Below, in pieces: positions 23,225 through 35,381 of a stretch of DNA of 64,000 nt. Made by a program: the position numbers and the translations under genes. This DNA comes from Octopus sinensis. Its lineage: Eukaryota. The stretch covers positions 166,966,001 through 167,030,000 of the forward strand of contig NC_042999.1 in assembly GCF_006345805.1 (NCBI RefSeq), in the 5' to 3' direction. Below the pieces are notes generated by a model. That model was not told the DNA's origin, made no database searches, and saw nothing but the letters and a program-made list of their open reading frames with translations. Each line of letters begins with the position of its first letter. Positions within the stretch are counted from its first letter, which is position 1.

Positions 23225-23935
23225 CGGATTATTTATACTTCTTCTTCAGGGCAACAGCATTGAAATGTTAAAAATAAAATAATGCAGGTAAAATTTCCGA
23301 GATCCATGGACGAATTCTCTCCAGCGGTCTTTGTTCCTCATCATCGCTGCCATGTTCTGTGTCTCCCAGACACCAGTGCCTGTCCTTAGGGCATCAACAT
23401 ATGTCATCCTCGGTCTCCCTCTTCTAGTGTGTACGTGTAGGAGCTCCCACATGAGCACTGAGTGACGACGAACATGTCCAGCTAACCTCAGTTTCCTCTG
23501 TTATTTTAGAGCTTACTATTGGGAGGCTCTTGTACAGCTCTGAGTTCTTCATCCTCGGTGTGTACTGATTAGTATTTAAAGCCATCCTCAGCATTTTCGT
23601 GTAGCACCTATTCACCATCTGAGGTAGTTTTTTGGTCAGTATCCAAGTCTCAGACCTGTACAACAGCGGTAAAAGAGGTGGAGACTGTGCCGGTGAGTGT
23701 GGAGTTAAAAAGGAATGAAACGAAGACAAAGTATTTGGTAGAGAACGCTAGGAAGCGAGAGAAGATTATGAATGTAGGAGGGAAGCCACTAGAGTTGGTT
23801 GAGGACTTCCTGTATCTGGGAGCAAAGATTGAGAACACAGAGGGTGATATAGTTGAGAGGAGGAGAAAAGCCTGAGCGGCATGCCACAATTTAAGATCTG
23901 TATGGAAATCGGACCTTCGTGAAAACCTGAAGATA
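23225..23935 (-). mobile_element. RTE-like LINE 3' fragment with an inverted 5' segment
   Basis: Minus 23225-23685: LLYRSETWILTKKL..RRGRPRMTYVD..NKDRWRE. Plus 23690-23935: LKRNETKTKY..VEDFLYLGAKI..DIVERRRKA..VWKSDL, the immediately upstream RT segment. Confidence 0.8.
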
Positions 23936-23994
23936 TGTGTATGTGTGTGTGTATTCTGTTACATGTTTCAGCCCAAGGCATGGCCATACTGGTG

Positions 23995-24570
23995 CAACAC
24001 CAATGCAATCACCCTTTGGCCGATTTATGTAATTGGCTTTTGGTGAAGGAGGGAGTTCGACACTGCTGCCCTCTTTTGAGTCTCCTGCTTAGATCTTGAT
24101 ATATCTCCGATCTTGTGTAGCAGGAGGTTAAGTTGTTTCTTGAAAACATCTACTGCTACTCCATGAAGATCACTCAGATGTATTGGCAAGGGAGTACAGA
24201 GTTGTTGGCTCTTACAGTTCATGGTCCTCACATTAGACGGGACAAATGGGACCGTTGGAATCGGGCAGAAAGTCCAGTTCAGGGACTGGTGTAGCTCTCG
24301 ATTCCAAACCGAGGTGTCAGCCAGCCCGTCAAGGATATTCCATGCTTATACCACTCTTTCTTCTCTCACAGTAACTCAGCTGTGCTATTAACATAAGCTT
24401 CCTGGTGTAACGCAGCTGAACTGCCTCAAGTTTTGCGATTAATTTGACACTGTAGGGTGACCATAATTCAGAGTGGTCCAGAGAGTTCAGTATAAATGTG
24501 CTCCATAGAACCAGCATAGATAGTATCCTGGTCCATTGTTTGGAAGGTTCTCAGAATTCATCCGCCTAGT
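23995..24570 (-). mobile_element. CR1-like LINE 3' fragment
   Basis: Minus peptides LDHSELWSPYSVKLIAKLEAVQ..QLSYCER and LSDLHGVAVDVFKKQLNLLL. Confidence 0.8.
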
Positions 24571-24594
24571 CAGGTACAGGAGTGGCTGTGTGGT

Positions 24595-26636
24595 TTTTTG
24601 GCAGCTGCCGGTTGTCACGTGCTTCGACGTGAAATGTTGAATTTTTGAGACTCGACTACAGGTAGGCATTTGTTGAATTTTATTTAGGGGCCTAGTGAAG
24701 TTTATTGCTTTGCATTTAATAATTTTTAGCAAGTAATAGATTACACTTTGCTCCAGACATTTTTTCCTGCCTGTTGTCGAGTGTAAAGACTCACTTTGCA
24801 GTGAGAATTGTGTTTTTGAAGAGGCGTAGTTCCTCTGCAAAAATTGTTTTTGAAATTGTCTTTGTGTTATCCACGGGAATTACCAGGGAGTGCCAAGGAT
24901 TATTTTATCAAGAAGTTTTACCAGTTGTACATTTGGCCTAGAATACAATGTTTTGGCCGAAAAAAGTGAAAAAAAAAAAAAGAAAAAATTAATTCCTTTG
25001 CCTGGATTTGAACTCTCTTTCTCCGTCTATCATTTATTTTTTAAAAAAAAGAACTGTTTTTGAACTGCTATTTCTAATTTCATTTCTTCCCCTCTGTTGT
25101 ATTTTTCATTCTCCTTTCTGTGTCTTATTTTATTTTATCACATTTTGAACTGTTTTTGAACCTTACGTTATGGCAAAGAAATTCACTGTGTGGGAATTGA
25201 CACCTCCCAAAAAATATTTCAATGAGCTCGAGGAAAAGACCGTGGTGCTGAGGACATACTCGAAGTCGCTCGACACCATAGCAGTCTTTCCAAAGGCTAC
25301 TATTGTTAACGAGCTGGCAGACTACATGCCAGCCGTTAAATATATCGCACGGGGAGTTAGATACGCAACGGTTTGGTTGCTATTTGACTCCCCTAAAGCA
25401 GCTTGCGAATTTGCAAGCCAGCTCATTGAGGGCAAACACATATTGTTCCTCCCTAATTACAAGGGACAAAATTGTTGAGAGCTTGGATCTGCGGCTTACC
25501 ACCAGGCGTTGAGCCCGAGTGGATAGAGGACTCTATCCGCCGGGGCTTGGATGGTAGCAGTTCCAAGCTACTGAACGTAAAAGTACAGCCTGCGGCTGAT
25601 TGGGAGGGGTCAACAGCTGTTTTGACCCTATGGACCCAGTCAGCCAAAAGTCTGGTTTTTCCGGACTTTTTGAGGATGGCCGGGTCCAGGTATCCGGTGA
25701 TGCTTGAGGGACGCCCCCCCCCCAAGTGTCACCTGTGTCTGGAGACCGGCCACATTAAGAAGAACTGCCCCAGGGACCAAAGTAGGATCCTGGAGAAGTT
25801 GATATCGGAACCTCTCCCTGCCCCCCAAATGGAGGGAGAGAAACAGAACGAGGAAGCGGTGACTTCCTCAACGAGAAAACGAAAAGTGGGGAACAATGGT
25901 GACCCACTAAAAGACCCGGAAGCTACGGGAGAAAGAGTGGACCTGGCGTGTGCAACACCGGAACCTCAACCTCCCGTGGCCCACGGTAAAAAGAAAAAAA
26001 GAAAGAAGAGAAACGGAACGCCGCCAGCGGATTGTAACACGCAGACGGCGTCTCCCATGTCTCCTTCGGCGGTTGAGGGGCCGGAGAAATATTATGTAAT
26101 CCTCTTCTACAAAGGAGGAATATTAGAAAATGAAATAGGTAAAATGAGGAAGAGAAACTAATGGGAGGGTCTTCGGTCCTGCATGGAGGATCCCGAGTGG
26201 CCTTCGCAGCTGGCTGCAGAGGTCCTATTGGATAAAGATCTGTGCAGGATCGAGAATTCTTTCCCGGAGGACCTCTTTCAATTGATACCTGTATGCGGGG
26301 GCCTGACGAAGAACGATTGAGTCAATAAAGCAAGAACGTTCATCAGCCGGGTAACGTGAACCTGTTTTTGTATTATATTGAGATAGAGGTTTATTGCCTC
26401 TGGAAAAATTTTTGAATTTGTAATTTGTAATTTGTAAAATTTGGAATTTTTGTGAAATTTTGGAAATTTTGTGAAATTATTGAAAAAAGAACAATGTCTT
26501 AGAGAAGCGGAAGTCGGCGGGCGCTTTCGTCTTCTCCCATCACCATCTTCATTCCATTACCATCATTCATTAATGTCTATGTCCAGACCGTAGCTACTAT
26601 CTGTGTACTGCCCTTGTGGCAAATTAAATTAAATAA
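24595..26636 (+). mobile_element. Array element 1: ORF1-only L1/Tx1-type retroelement
   Basis: 5' UTR, ORF1 25170-26161 with a frameshift near 25470 and CHLCLETGHIKKNC zinc knuckle, no ORF2, conserved 3' UTR ending AAATAA. Confidence 0.8.
25170..26161 (+). pseudogene. Gag-like ORF1 with CCHC zinc knuckle (frameshifted)
   Basis: ORFs 25170-25478 and 25472-26161; collinear with the ORF1s of elements 3 and 4. Confidence 0.8.
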
Positions 26637-26651
26637 AGTAGCTCGCTAACC

Positions 26652-27000
26652 TCTGACGTGTTCGGACGTGTTTTTTGGCAGCATTCCTTCCCGATGGACC
26701 CATTTCAAATTATACCTCTAGACCACGACCTGACCAGCGATGATTGCCTCGTTGAGGCAAGAGCGCTGGTCGGCCGGGTAACATAGACTTATTGAACATT
26801 ATATTGTATTGAAAAAGAAAATTTGAAATTTTTGTGAAATTTTGAAAAAAAAAGGAACAATGTCTTAGAGAAGCGAGGGTCGGCGGGCGCTCTTGTCTTC
26901 TCCCATCACCATCTTCGTCCATCACCATCATTCATTAATGTTTTTTGTCCAGCCCGCAGCTACTCTATGTACTGCCCTAGTGGCAAATCTTATGAAATAA
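26652..27000 (+). mobile_element. Array element 2: internally deleted short derivative (5' start + distal region + 3' UTR)
   Basis: Starts with the same ..ACGTGTTTTTTGGCAG 5' motif and ends with the shared GAGAAG..CTTCTC/GTGGCAAAT..AAATAA 3' UTR. Confidence 0.75.
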
Positions 27001-27015
27001 AGTAGCTCGCTTACC

Positions 27016-28994
27016 TTTGTCGGAGACAGATGTGTTTTTTGGCGGAGAGTTCTTGCTGCATGAAGTCACGTCTTTCGTCGTGAAATATTGAGCTTTGAGG
27101 GTCGACTACAGGTAGGCGTTTGTTGTATTTTTTTGAGGGCTTAGTGGAGTTTGTTGCCCTGTATTTAATATTTTTTGGTGAGCAACAGTCTCTACTCTGC
27201 TCCAGACATTTGCCTGCCTGTGGTCGTGCGTAAAGACTCACTTTGCAGTGAGAATTGTGTTTTTGAGGAGGCGTAGCCCCTCAGCAAAAATTAATTTGTT
27301 TGCGAAAATTGTCTTTGTGTTTGCGAATTTCCACTGGATTACCAAGGAGTACCAAGGCAGGAAGGACTATTTTTGCGACTGGAGTACCTGTATTATTACG
27401 GAGTTGCGGAATTGTGTTGCCGTGGATTGAACTGTCTTCCTTCGTTCTTTTCTCTGCTCTGTCTTTCCGTTCTTTTTTTGTGTTTATTACTGAACTTTTA
27501 TTTAGAACATTTGAACTTTTGTTGAACTCTTTATTGGTTCTTTTGGGTTTTAAATCATGGCAACAAAGAAAACCACTGTGCTGGAGTGGGAAATTGTGCC
27601 CCCCAAGCAGTGGATAGAGGACCGAAATGAGAGAATGGTGGTGTTGGGGACATACTCCAAGTCACTCGACACCATCACTGTGTTCTCTCAGGACGAAATT
27701 GAAAAAGAGTTGGCAGAGTACCTGCCAACTATCAAGTATATTGCAATGGGTGTCAAATTTGCAACAGTGTTGTTACTCTTTGACACCCCTAAAGAGGTTA
27801 GCTTATTTGCAAGTCAACCTCTGGAAGGGGAAAACATTTTGTTTCTCCCCACATATCGTGGGAGGAAATTAACAAGAGCCTGGGTGAGTGGGCTGCCACC
27901 CGGAATAGAGCCTGAGTGGATAGAAGGTACTATCTGCCGGGGTCTAGGTGGCAGCGGAGCCAGGCTCTTGAATGTTAGAATGCTTCCTGTGGCTGATTGG
28001 GTGGGGTCGAAAGCAATTTTGACCCTATGGACCCAATCAGCCAAAGATCTGGTCTTCCCAGATTTTCTAAAGATGACTGGTGCCTGGAATCGGGTCACAT
28101 CAAGAGGAAGTGCCCCAACAACCACGCAAGGGCACTGGAAAAATTAATAGAGGAGGATGTTTTTCTTCCAAAGGAGCTTCCTGGGCATATAAAGGAGGGA
28201 GGTCTAGAAAAAGTCGAGGAGGAGGTAACCCCTTCGAAAGGAAAAAAAAGAAAGAAGGTTGGCAACAATGGATCCCATGGTGGCGGAGGGAAGGAGGGAC
28301 ATACGGACAGACCGGAGGAACCTCACCCTCCCGACGCGAAAAAGTGGAAAAAAAGAAAAGAAAGAAAAACGGGGCATCGCCGGCGGTTGCAGGTGCACCG
28401 GCGGCATGTTCTGAAACCCCTTCGGTGGAACGTGAGCCACCGGAGGTGGGGAAGAAGAAGGCCCCTCCCTATGGAAATGTTGAAGAACATGTCGTCTTCT
28501 ATCTCAGAGGAAGGGCTGTAGAGAATTATATAGAAAGTTCCTTTGATAGTCGGGATCTAATAGACTCGACTTGTATTGCAGGGTGGCCTCCGCAGGTGGC
28601 TGCCCGGGTACTGGAAGAAAGAAACCTCTATCACATAATGGACTCCTTCTCAAAGGAAGAGTATAGATCATGTGTAAAGGACCCCAACTTGCAGTTGCTG
28701 GAATGCCTGCATGAGGCAAAAAAGCTTATTAAAGACTCATTGATGTAATTGTTTTCAATTGTAATGGACATTTTTGCCCATAAAAGTGTAACAATATTGT
28801 AAGAGGTTTAATACCTCAAATATTAAAAAAACAAACAAACCATGTTTTAGAGAAGCAAAAGTCGGCGAGTGCTTTTTGTCTTCTCCCATCCTTATCATCT
28901 TTCGTTCATTATCATTCACCTCATTAATGTCCTTGTCCAGCCCGCAAGCTACCATACTCTATGTACTGCCTTTATGGCAAATTCTATAAAATAA
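27016..28994 (+). mobile_element. Array element 3: ORF1-only L1/Tx1-type retroelement
   Basis: ORF1 27557-28748 in two frames (MATKKTTVLEWEIVPP..; CLESGHIKRKC); a deletion near 28080 removes the first knuckle Cys; shared 3' UTR; no ORF2. Confidence 0.8.
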
Positions 28995-29009
28995 AATAGC
29001 TCGCTTACC

Positions 29010-30954
29010 TGTGGAAGTCGTCACGCTGGTGTGCAGTAGTCGAAAATTGAATTTGTAAGACGCTCTACCGTAAGGTAAGACCTTTTGCTCTTTGAGTCCA
29101 GTAGGATTTGTTGTCTGTAGGTTTTATTTATTTATTTATTTTTTTGCACAAGCAAGGAGTCCTTACTGGATTCGGAGCATTTTGTCTGCCTCGGTGGAGA
29201 CGTGTGTGTGTTTTCTCACATAATTGTGAGAAATTCTGTGTGGAGTTTACTCCAAATTGTTTCTGATTCACTGGATTACACAAAGGATTGACCAGGAATA
29301 CCATACGGCCGAAAATTATTTTTTGTTTGCCATTGTTTGAACTCTTCTTCTTACTATCATTTAGTTTTTTTAAAAAAAACTTATTGAACTGTTATTTTTT
29401 TCCTTCCCTTCTCTTGGGTCCTTTTTCTTTTTCTTTCCTTTTTGTGTTTTTTACTTTATTTTAAAAAACTGTTGTGAATTTTTTTAGTACTTTGTGTTAG
29501 GATGGCAAACGAATTGATAGTGTGGGAGTTGACACCTCTCAAGACATGGCTGAAAGAGTTCGAAAGGAAGACGGTGGTGTTGAGGACTTATTCAAAGTCG
29601 CTCGATACCATAACCGTCTTCCCGAAAGCCTCAATTATGAAAGAGCTGGCAGAATACATGCAATCCATTAAATATATTTCACGGGGGGTCAAATATGCAG
29701 CGGTCTGGTTGCTCTTTGACTCCCCCCAAGAAGCTTGCGAATTTGCAAGCCGGCCCCTGGAGGGCAATGAAATTATGTTCCTTCCCACTTATTATGGGAA
29801 GAAGTTGACGAGGGCTTAGGTCTGCGGTTTGCCACCCGGAATTGAGCCCGAGTGGATAGAGGATTCTATCCGCCAGGGTCTGGGTGGTAGCAGTACCAAG
29901 CTGGTCAATGTAAAAATTCTGCCTGCGGCTGATCGGGAGGGAGCAAAAGCTGTTTTGACCCTATGGACCAATCAGCCGAAAGTCTGGTTTTCCCCGATTT
30001 TTTGAGGATGTCCAGGTCTAGGTATCCGGTGATGTTCGAGGGACGCCCGCCCCCAAGTGTCACCTGTGCCTAGAAACCGACGACATCAAGAAAAACTGCC
30101 CCAAGGACCAAAACAGGGTTCTGGAACAGTTAAATCACTCCCTGCTCCTACTTTGGAGGGAGAGAAGGAGGAGGATGTCGAGGAGGTAGAAACCTCCTCG
30201 AAAAAACGAAAGCGAAAGGAGGGCAACCCACCGAAGGACCCGAGGGCTGCGGGAGGAATGGAGGACCTGCTGGACGCAGCAAAGGTACACCAATCTCCCG
30301 CGGTCCAAGGGTAAAAGAAAAAAGAAAAACAGGACATTGCCGGCGGTTTGTGACACGCTGCCGGCGTGTCCCCATGCTCCTTCGGCAGGTGTGCCGCTGG
30401 AGGAAGAATTTGTGGTCCTCTTTCACAAAGGGAGGGACATTGCAGAGTGTAATTGGCAAAATTGAAAGGAAGGGCCGGTGGGAGGGGCTTCTGTCCTGCA
30501 CGGAGGACCCTGAGTGGCCTTCGCAGGTGGCTGCGGAGGTCATGTGGGAGACCGATCTGTGCAGGATAATGAACTCATTCCCGGCGGACTCCTCAGATAT
30601 ATGATGAAATGTTCAAGTTTGAAACGGACCAGGTGCTTCAATGAAGCGAGTAGCCTGGTCGGACAGAAGAGTTGAATTGATGGACATTTTTGTAAGAGGT
30701 GTATTACATCAAAAAGACTTTGTTTTTTTTATATAAAAAGTAAGGGGATTATTGCCTCGTGTGTGTCGATTTACTGAACTGTGTAAGAGGTTTATAGCCT
30801 CATTATGTGATTTAAAAAGAAAAAGGAAAAATGTTTCAGAGAAGTGAAAGTCGGCGGGCGCTTTTCTCTTCTCCCACCCTTATCATCCTTGTATCATTAT
30901 CATTCATCCCATTACTGTCTGTGTCCAGCCCTTGTGGCAATTTTAATAAAATAA
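29010..30954 (+). mobile_element. Array element 4: ORF1-only L1/Tx1-type retroelement
   Basis: ORF1 from 29502 (MANELIVWELTP..KTVVLRTYSKSLDTI), TGG>TAG stop at 29817, later frameshifts; shared 3' UTR; no ORF2. Confidence 0.8.
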
Positions 30955-30969
30955 AGTAGCTCGCTTACC

Positions 30970-33900
30970 TTACAAGAGTTAACATGTCTTTCCTCGTGGT
31001 AAGAGTTTTTGCTGTTGTTATTGTTTCATTGTTGCTGTTTTGTTGTAATTACTTTTTGGATTTGTTACCTTTGAAACAAGGAATTACATTTGAACGATTT
31101 TGGACTGTTTTATTCCCTGGTCTTTCCGGGGAATAATTTAATAATTCAACACTTTCTCAAAAATTCTGAACTCTGGCAATTGTGGCTTTTTTTCTTCGTG
31201 TGTGAATAACATTTTTGAATTGTAACAGTCTTTTAGACTATTTTTGTGCCCTCCCCCTAATGGGGGTGGGATTTGAACTGTATTACATAATTAAAAAAAA
31301 ATTACTATCCTCTTTGATAGGAAAAAATATATATAGGTTTCCCAGTTTGTGTTATTAATTTCAACCATGTCAGTTGAAATTATACACGAAATGTGTGCTC
31401 TTATAAAGAGCAATGATGATGTCGACAGTCATGTCAACAATGGAAAAAAGTTTTCGGAGGTTGCCGCAGTGGCAACCGAAAATATTGATATGCCTGTAGG
31501 TGTGCTACAGGGATATTTTAAACGTATGAAAAAAGAAGGAGGTGATGTGATAATATCACCTTCTTCAACTGTGGTGGAAACTGAAAAGCGGACCGTAGTG
31601 TTCAAAACCTTCAGCCCAAAAGACAGAAGGTTTAAACACTTCAAAGAAGTGAAAATAGAGAAATGCCTGTCCCCGACACGGAGGGACATAATGTACATTA
31701 CAATGGGAAGGATATATGGCTCAGTCGAGGTTCGCTTCGCAGACGAAGAGGTGGCCCGTGGGCACGCCGCGTGTTCCCTAAAGTCAAATGAGGTGGTAAT
31801 TCTACTCATGTATATGGGGAAAAGAACATCTAGTGTAAGAATAAATGAAGTACCGCTTGAATAGGCCTAAGAGAAGTGCTGGCCGCCCTGTTGTTTGATA
31901 TGGCGGACCAAATAAAAATCTTACAAATAACATGCTCCAACCCCCAGAATTGACTCGGGCGAAGCATTACGGTCCTGATTCAGGGGACACAGGAGGACCT
32001 TCAGGTCCTACCAGAGAGAGTGCCTGTTGGGGAAAATGTGTCCCTTAGGGTACAGGTGGAAGGCCGTAAACCCACCTGTTACCAATGCGGAAAAAAGGGC
32101 CACAATCGAGCGGACTGTGAACAAAAAAAAAGTTGTCGCAAACACCAGGCCACTCAAATAACAAAACAAAACCACCCCCGCAAACACACCAATCCCCACA
32201 GACAAAAAATTCCCACTCCCCCTGTTGTGGTGCTAGCCCCGAAACAAACGACAAAAAAGACCCAGCCCCTGCACGCACAAGCCCCTACAAATATAAAAAC
32301 ACCCATCCCCTTGGAAGCTGTGGCACCGACTGCTCCAAAAAGTGTTGCCCCCACAGACGTTGACCTCTCAGACGACACCATGGAGGTATCAGAGGGTGGA
32401 TTTACAACACCTCGAAAACGAAAACCTTCCCCATCCACATCACCGCCCGAGAGAGTAAAAACCAAAACAATACACAAAAGACAATAAAAAAGAAATCCCG
32501 CCCAACTGACCCCGGAAGAAAAAGAGGAAAAGCTTGTCGAAGACGACACTACGGAACAATACACCAACGAAGCTATTGTGACACGTCAGATGACAAAACT
32601 TTATATTCAACATAAAGAATTAACGCGCAAGGGGGACGGGATAGGTAACTTTAGGCCCATAACTCTGTTAAACACAGAGTTAAAGATTTTGGCCAAGGTG
32701 TTGGCAAAAAGGTTGGCGCGGGTCATAGACAAACTTGTCGGGGAGGCGCAAAATTGTGCACTGGTGCATTTAGACCAGTCTAAAGCATTTGATAGGGTCG
32801 ACCATCGGTACTTGGCGGCGGTCCTCGGGGAGGATGGTCTGGGCCCGACCTTACGCGGTTGGATCGAGTCTGTTGTCAAGGAGAACGGGCTCTTTTCGAA
32901 GCCGTTCAGGATCGAGCGTTCAGTTCGCCAGGGGTGTCCCCTGTCCCCGCTTCTGTATGTAAGAGGAGCTACGGCGTACGCGGTTGACATCTCCATCATC
33001 GTGGCAGATGAAGGCCGGCTTCCAGTGGTGGAAGAGGCCATCAAGAGTTACGAGGCGGTGGCAGGAGCAAAGGCTCACAAGGACAGGTCGGTCGGGTTGC
33101 AACCCGGCACCGGGAGGGGCAAGCCGGTGCCGTCCAATAACGTCGCGTTGGACGGAAGGTCCTGTTAAGCTGCTCGGAGTCTGGATTGGTCCAGACCTCC
33201 AGATAGAGAAACATTGGAATGAGGTGGCCGGCAGGGTGACTGCTCTAACCCAGACCTGGTCTGTACGGACGTTATCCCTGCTAGGGAAGATGGAGGTGGT
33301 GCAGATGTTCATAGCATCAGTAATCACCTACCGTCTGACCGTGGTGCCTTGCGCCGATTTGTAGCTGAACAAATTGGAGAGAATCCTTTTCCGCTTTTTG
33401 TGGAAAGGAGGAAAGCCAGTTGGAAAGCGCTCTGTCAGTTGCCAGAAACCGCTAAAGGGTGGGCTAGGGATGCCTTGGCTGAAGATGCGAAAACTCGCAT
33501 TAAGGTTGAGGCACCTCTAGTTTTACCTGGATGGAGAGCAGGTGTGGTCAACGCACGTTCGGTTCTACCTTCCCCAGTTAATATCCTTCACGGACACCGG
33601 TGCATAGATCAAGCGGAGACCTAAACAGGAGTTCTACCGCGGATTTCTATAGCCGGTTAGTGAAATTTATATCAGAAGACGTCTTGGGGGAGACCCTGGG
33701 CTACGATGAAAATCGGTTGGTCAACCTGTTCCGAGAACGTTAATTACCAGAAATCCCTGGCCTGGCAGTGTTTCCGTGCGGCGTTACCTGTTCGCGACAA
33801 GCTGTCAAGGCACGGAAGTGCCGTCTCGCCGACATGTCCGCGATGTGTGCGGTATAGGGAAATCGTCTTGCACGCATTCGTGGAGTGCCCGGAGTTATCG

Positions 33901-34387
33901 GGACTGATTGCTTTTGCCGAACAACTGTTGTCAGTGAGTGGAAGAGTACAGCTATTAGCAGAGTCTATCGTCGAGATTATGCCACCTGCTTTCCTCAGCG
34001 GGGAAAGAAAGGCTTGATTTTCCTGCGTAGTTGTCATACTGAAAGAAACAGTATGGAAGATGCGTCCGAAAGGTATAGTGACAGGTACCTTTATATCCGG
34101 CCAGGGGTTGGTTAACTTTTTTAGTTACCATCTCGGTAGTAAGATCAGGCTGGAGAAGAGGTGTCTGTCACGAGATATGTTTGTGAAAAGATGGAAGCCT
34201 GTAACTTGTAAGCTGGGTATGTTTGGCACCAATTATGTGTGGCCAGATCAAGAAGTAAAGGTTCTACCCAGATGGATGAGTTCCTTGCCCTACTATGTAA
34301 CATTAAATTTGTAAACTTTCATTGAAATTTGTACCCATCATATTAATTTTTAAAACGTTTTAAGCTGCTTCACCTATATGTTTGTAA
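30970..34387 (+). mobile_element. Array element 5: L1/Tx1-type LINE, ORF1 + internally deleted ORF2 (no endonuclease)
   Basis: ORF1 with CYQCGKKGHNRADC. RT motifs FRPITLLNTELKILAKVLAKRL, LDQSKAFDRVDH, VRQGCPLSPLLY, YAVD; C-terminal CPRC..HAFVECP. Confidence 0.88.
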
Positions 34388-34619
34388 AGTAGCTCGCTTA
34401 CCTCTGTCGTGGATAGACGTGTTTTTTGGCGGTGAGTCAAACGTTTTGTTGAGCGTTGAATAATTTTTCTATTGGAATTGTTGTTTATTGTTGAATATTT
34501 TTGAACTGTTGAACATTGTTGAACTTTGAAAATATTTGTGCTTTTCCCCGGTGACGAGAGAAAGTAATTGTTCAAATATTGAAATTATTAATATTATTAA
34601 TATTGAACTTATTAAAGCT

Positions 34620-35040
34620 GTTGTAGGCTTTATTGCCCCCCCCCCCATCGGGGGTGGGATTTGAACTGTTATCCTCATTAAGAGGAAAACATATTATAGG
34701 TTTTCCGTTTTTTGGGATAAGCAATTTATTATTGCGTGAAAAATTAAATTTCAGCCGTTGTAGGCTCTATTGTGGCATCCACCCCTAGCGTGGGCGAGAT
34801 TTGAACTGTTGTCCTCGATGTGAGGGGAAAAAAATATTATAGGTTTCCCGTTTTTTTTTTGATTCTGTATTTTTATCATTGTGTGAAAAAAAATTCGAAC
34901 GTTGTAGGCTTTGTTGCTACGTCTCGTCTCCCCAGCAGGGGTGGGATTAGAACTGTTGTCCTCGTTGAGAGAAGATAAAAGTAAAAAATTACAGGTTTCC
35001 CATTTTATGGGATTAAATTGTGTATAATTTATTTCGAACG
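34620..35040 (+). repeat. Three ~140-bp tandem monomers in the 5' UTR of element 6
   Basis: GTTGTAGGCT at 34620, 34757 and 34901, each followed by GGGATT(T/A)GAACTGTT(A/G)TCCTC-like and TATAGGTTT-like motifs. Confidence 0.8.
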
Positions 35041-35381
35041 ATATATGTCGGTCGAAATAATTCAAGAAACAAACCAGCTGCATGAGCCAGCAAAAATGTT
35101 CGCGGCAGTAGCCGCTGTTTAGTGTAAAAATGTTGTAATAGAAACGGAGAAGCTCTCCGAGCTTTTTGAGAGAATGAAAGAGGAGGGTGGAATATAAAGA
35201 TATCACCCTCCCTTAGTATTGAAAATATGAAGAAAAGGACAGTCGTTTACTTAATGTACTGTCTTTCATCGAAAAAATTCAAGCACTTCGAAAAGTGCGA
35301 AACAGAAAAATGCCTGGCCCCCATATGGAAATATATAAAATACATAGCGAGGGGCCGAGCATACGGAACAATAGAAGCCAG

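Noticed and set aside
24595-30954. Array as a host tandem gene cluster of zinc-knuckle proteins
   Set aside because: Units are bounded by the SINE-derived junction motif, lie inside a split SINE, are collinear with LINE ORF1 and all carry disabling mutations.
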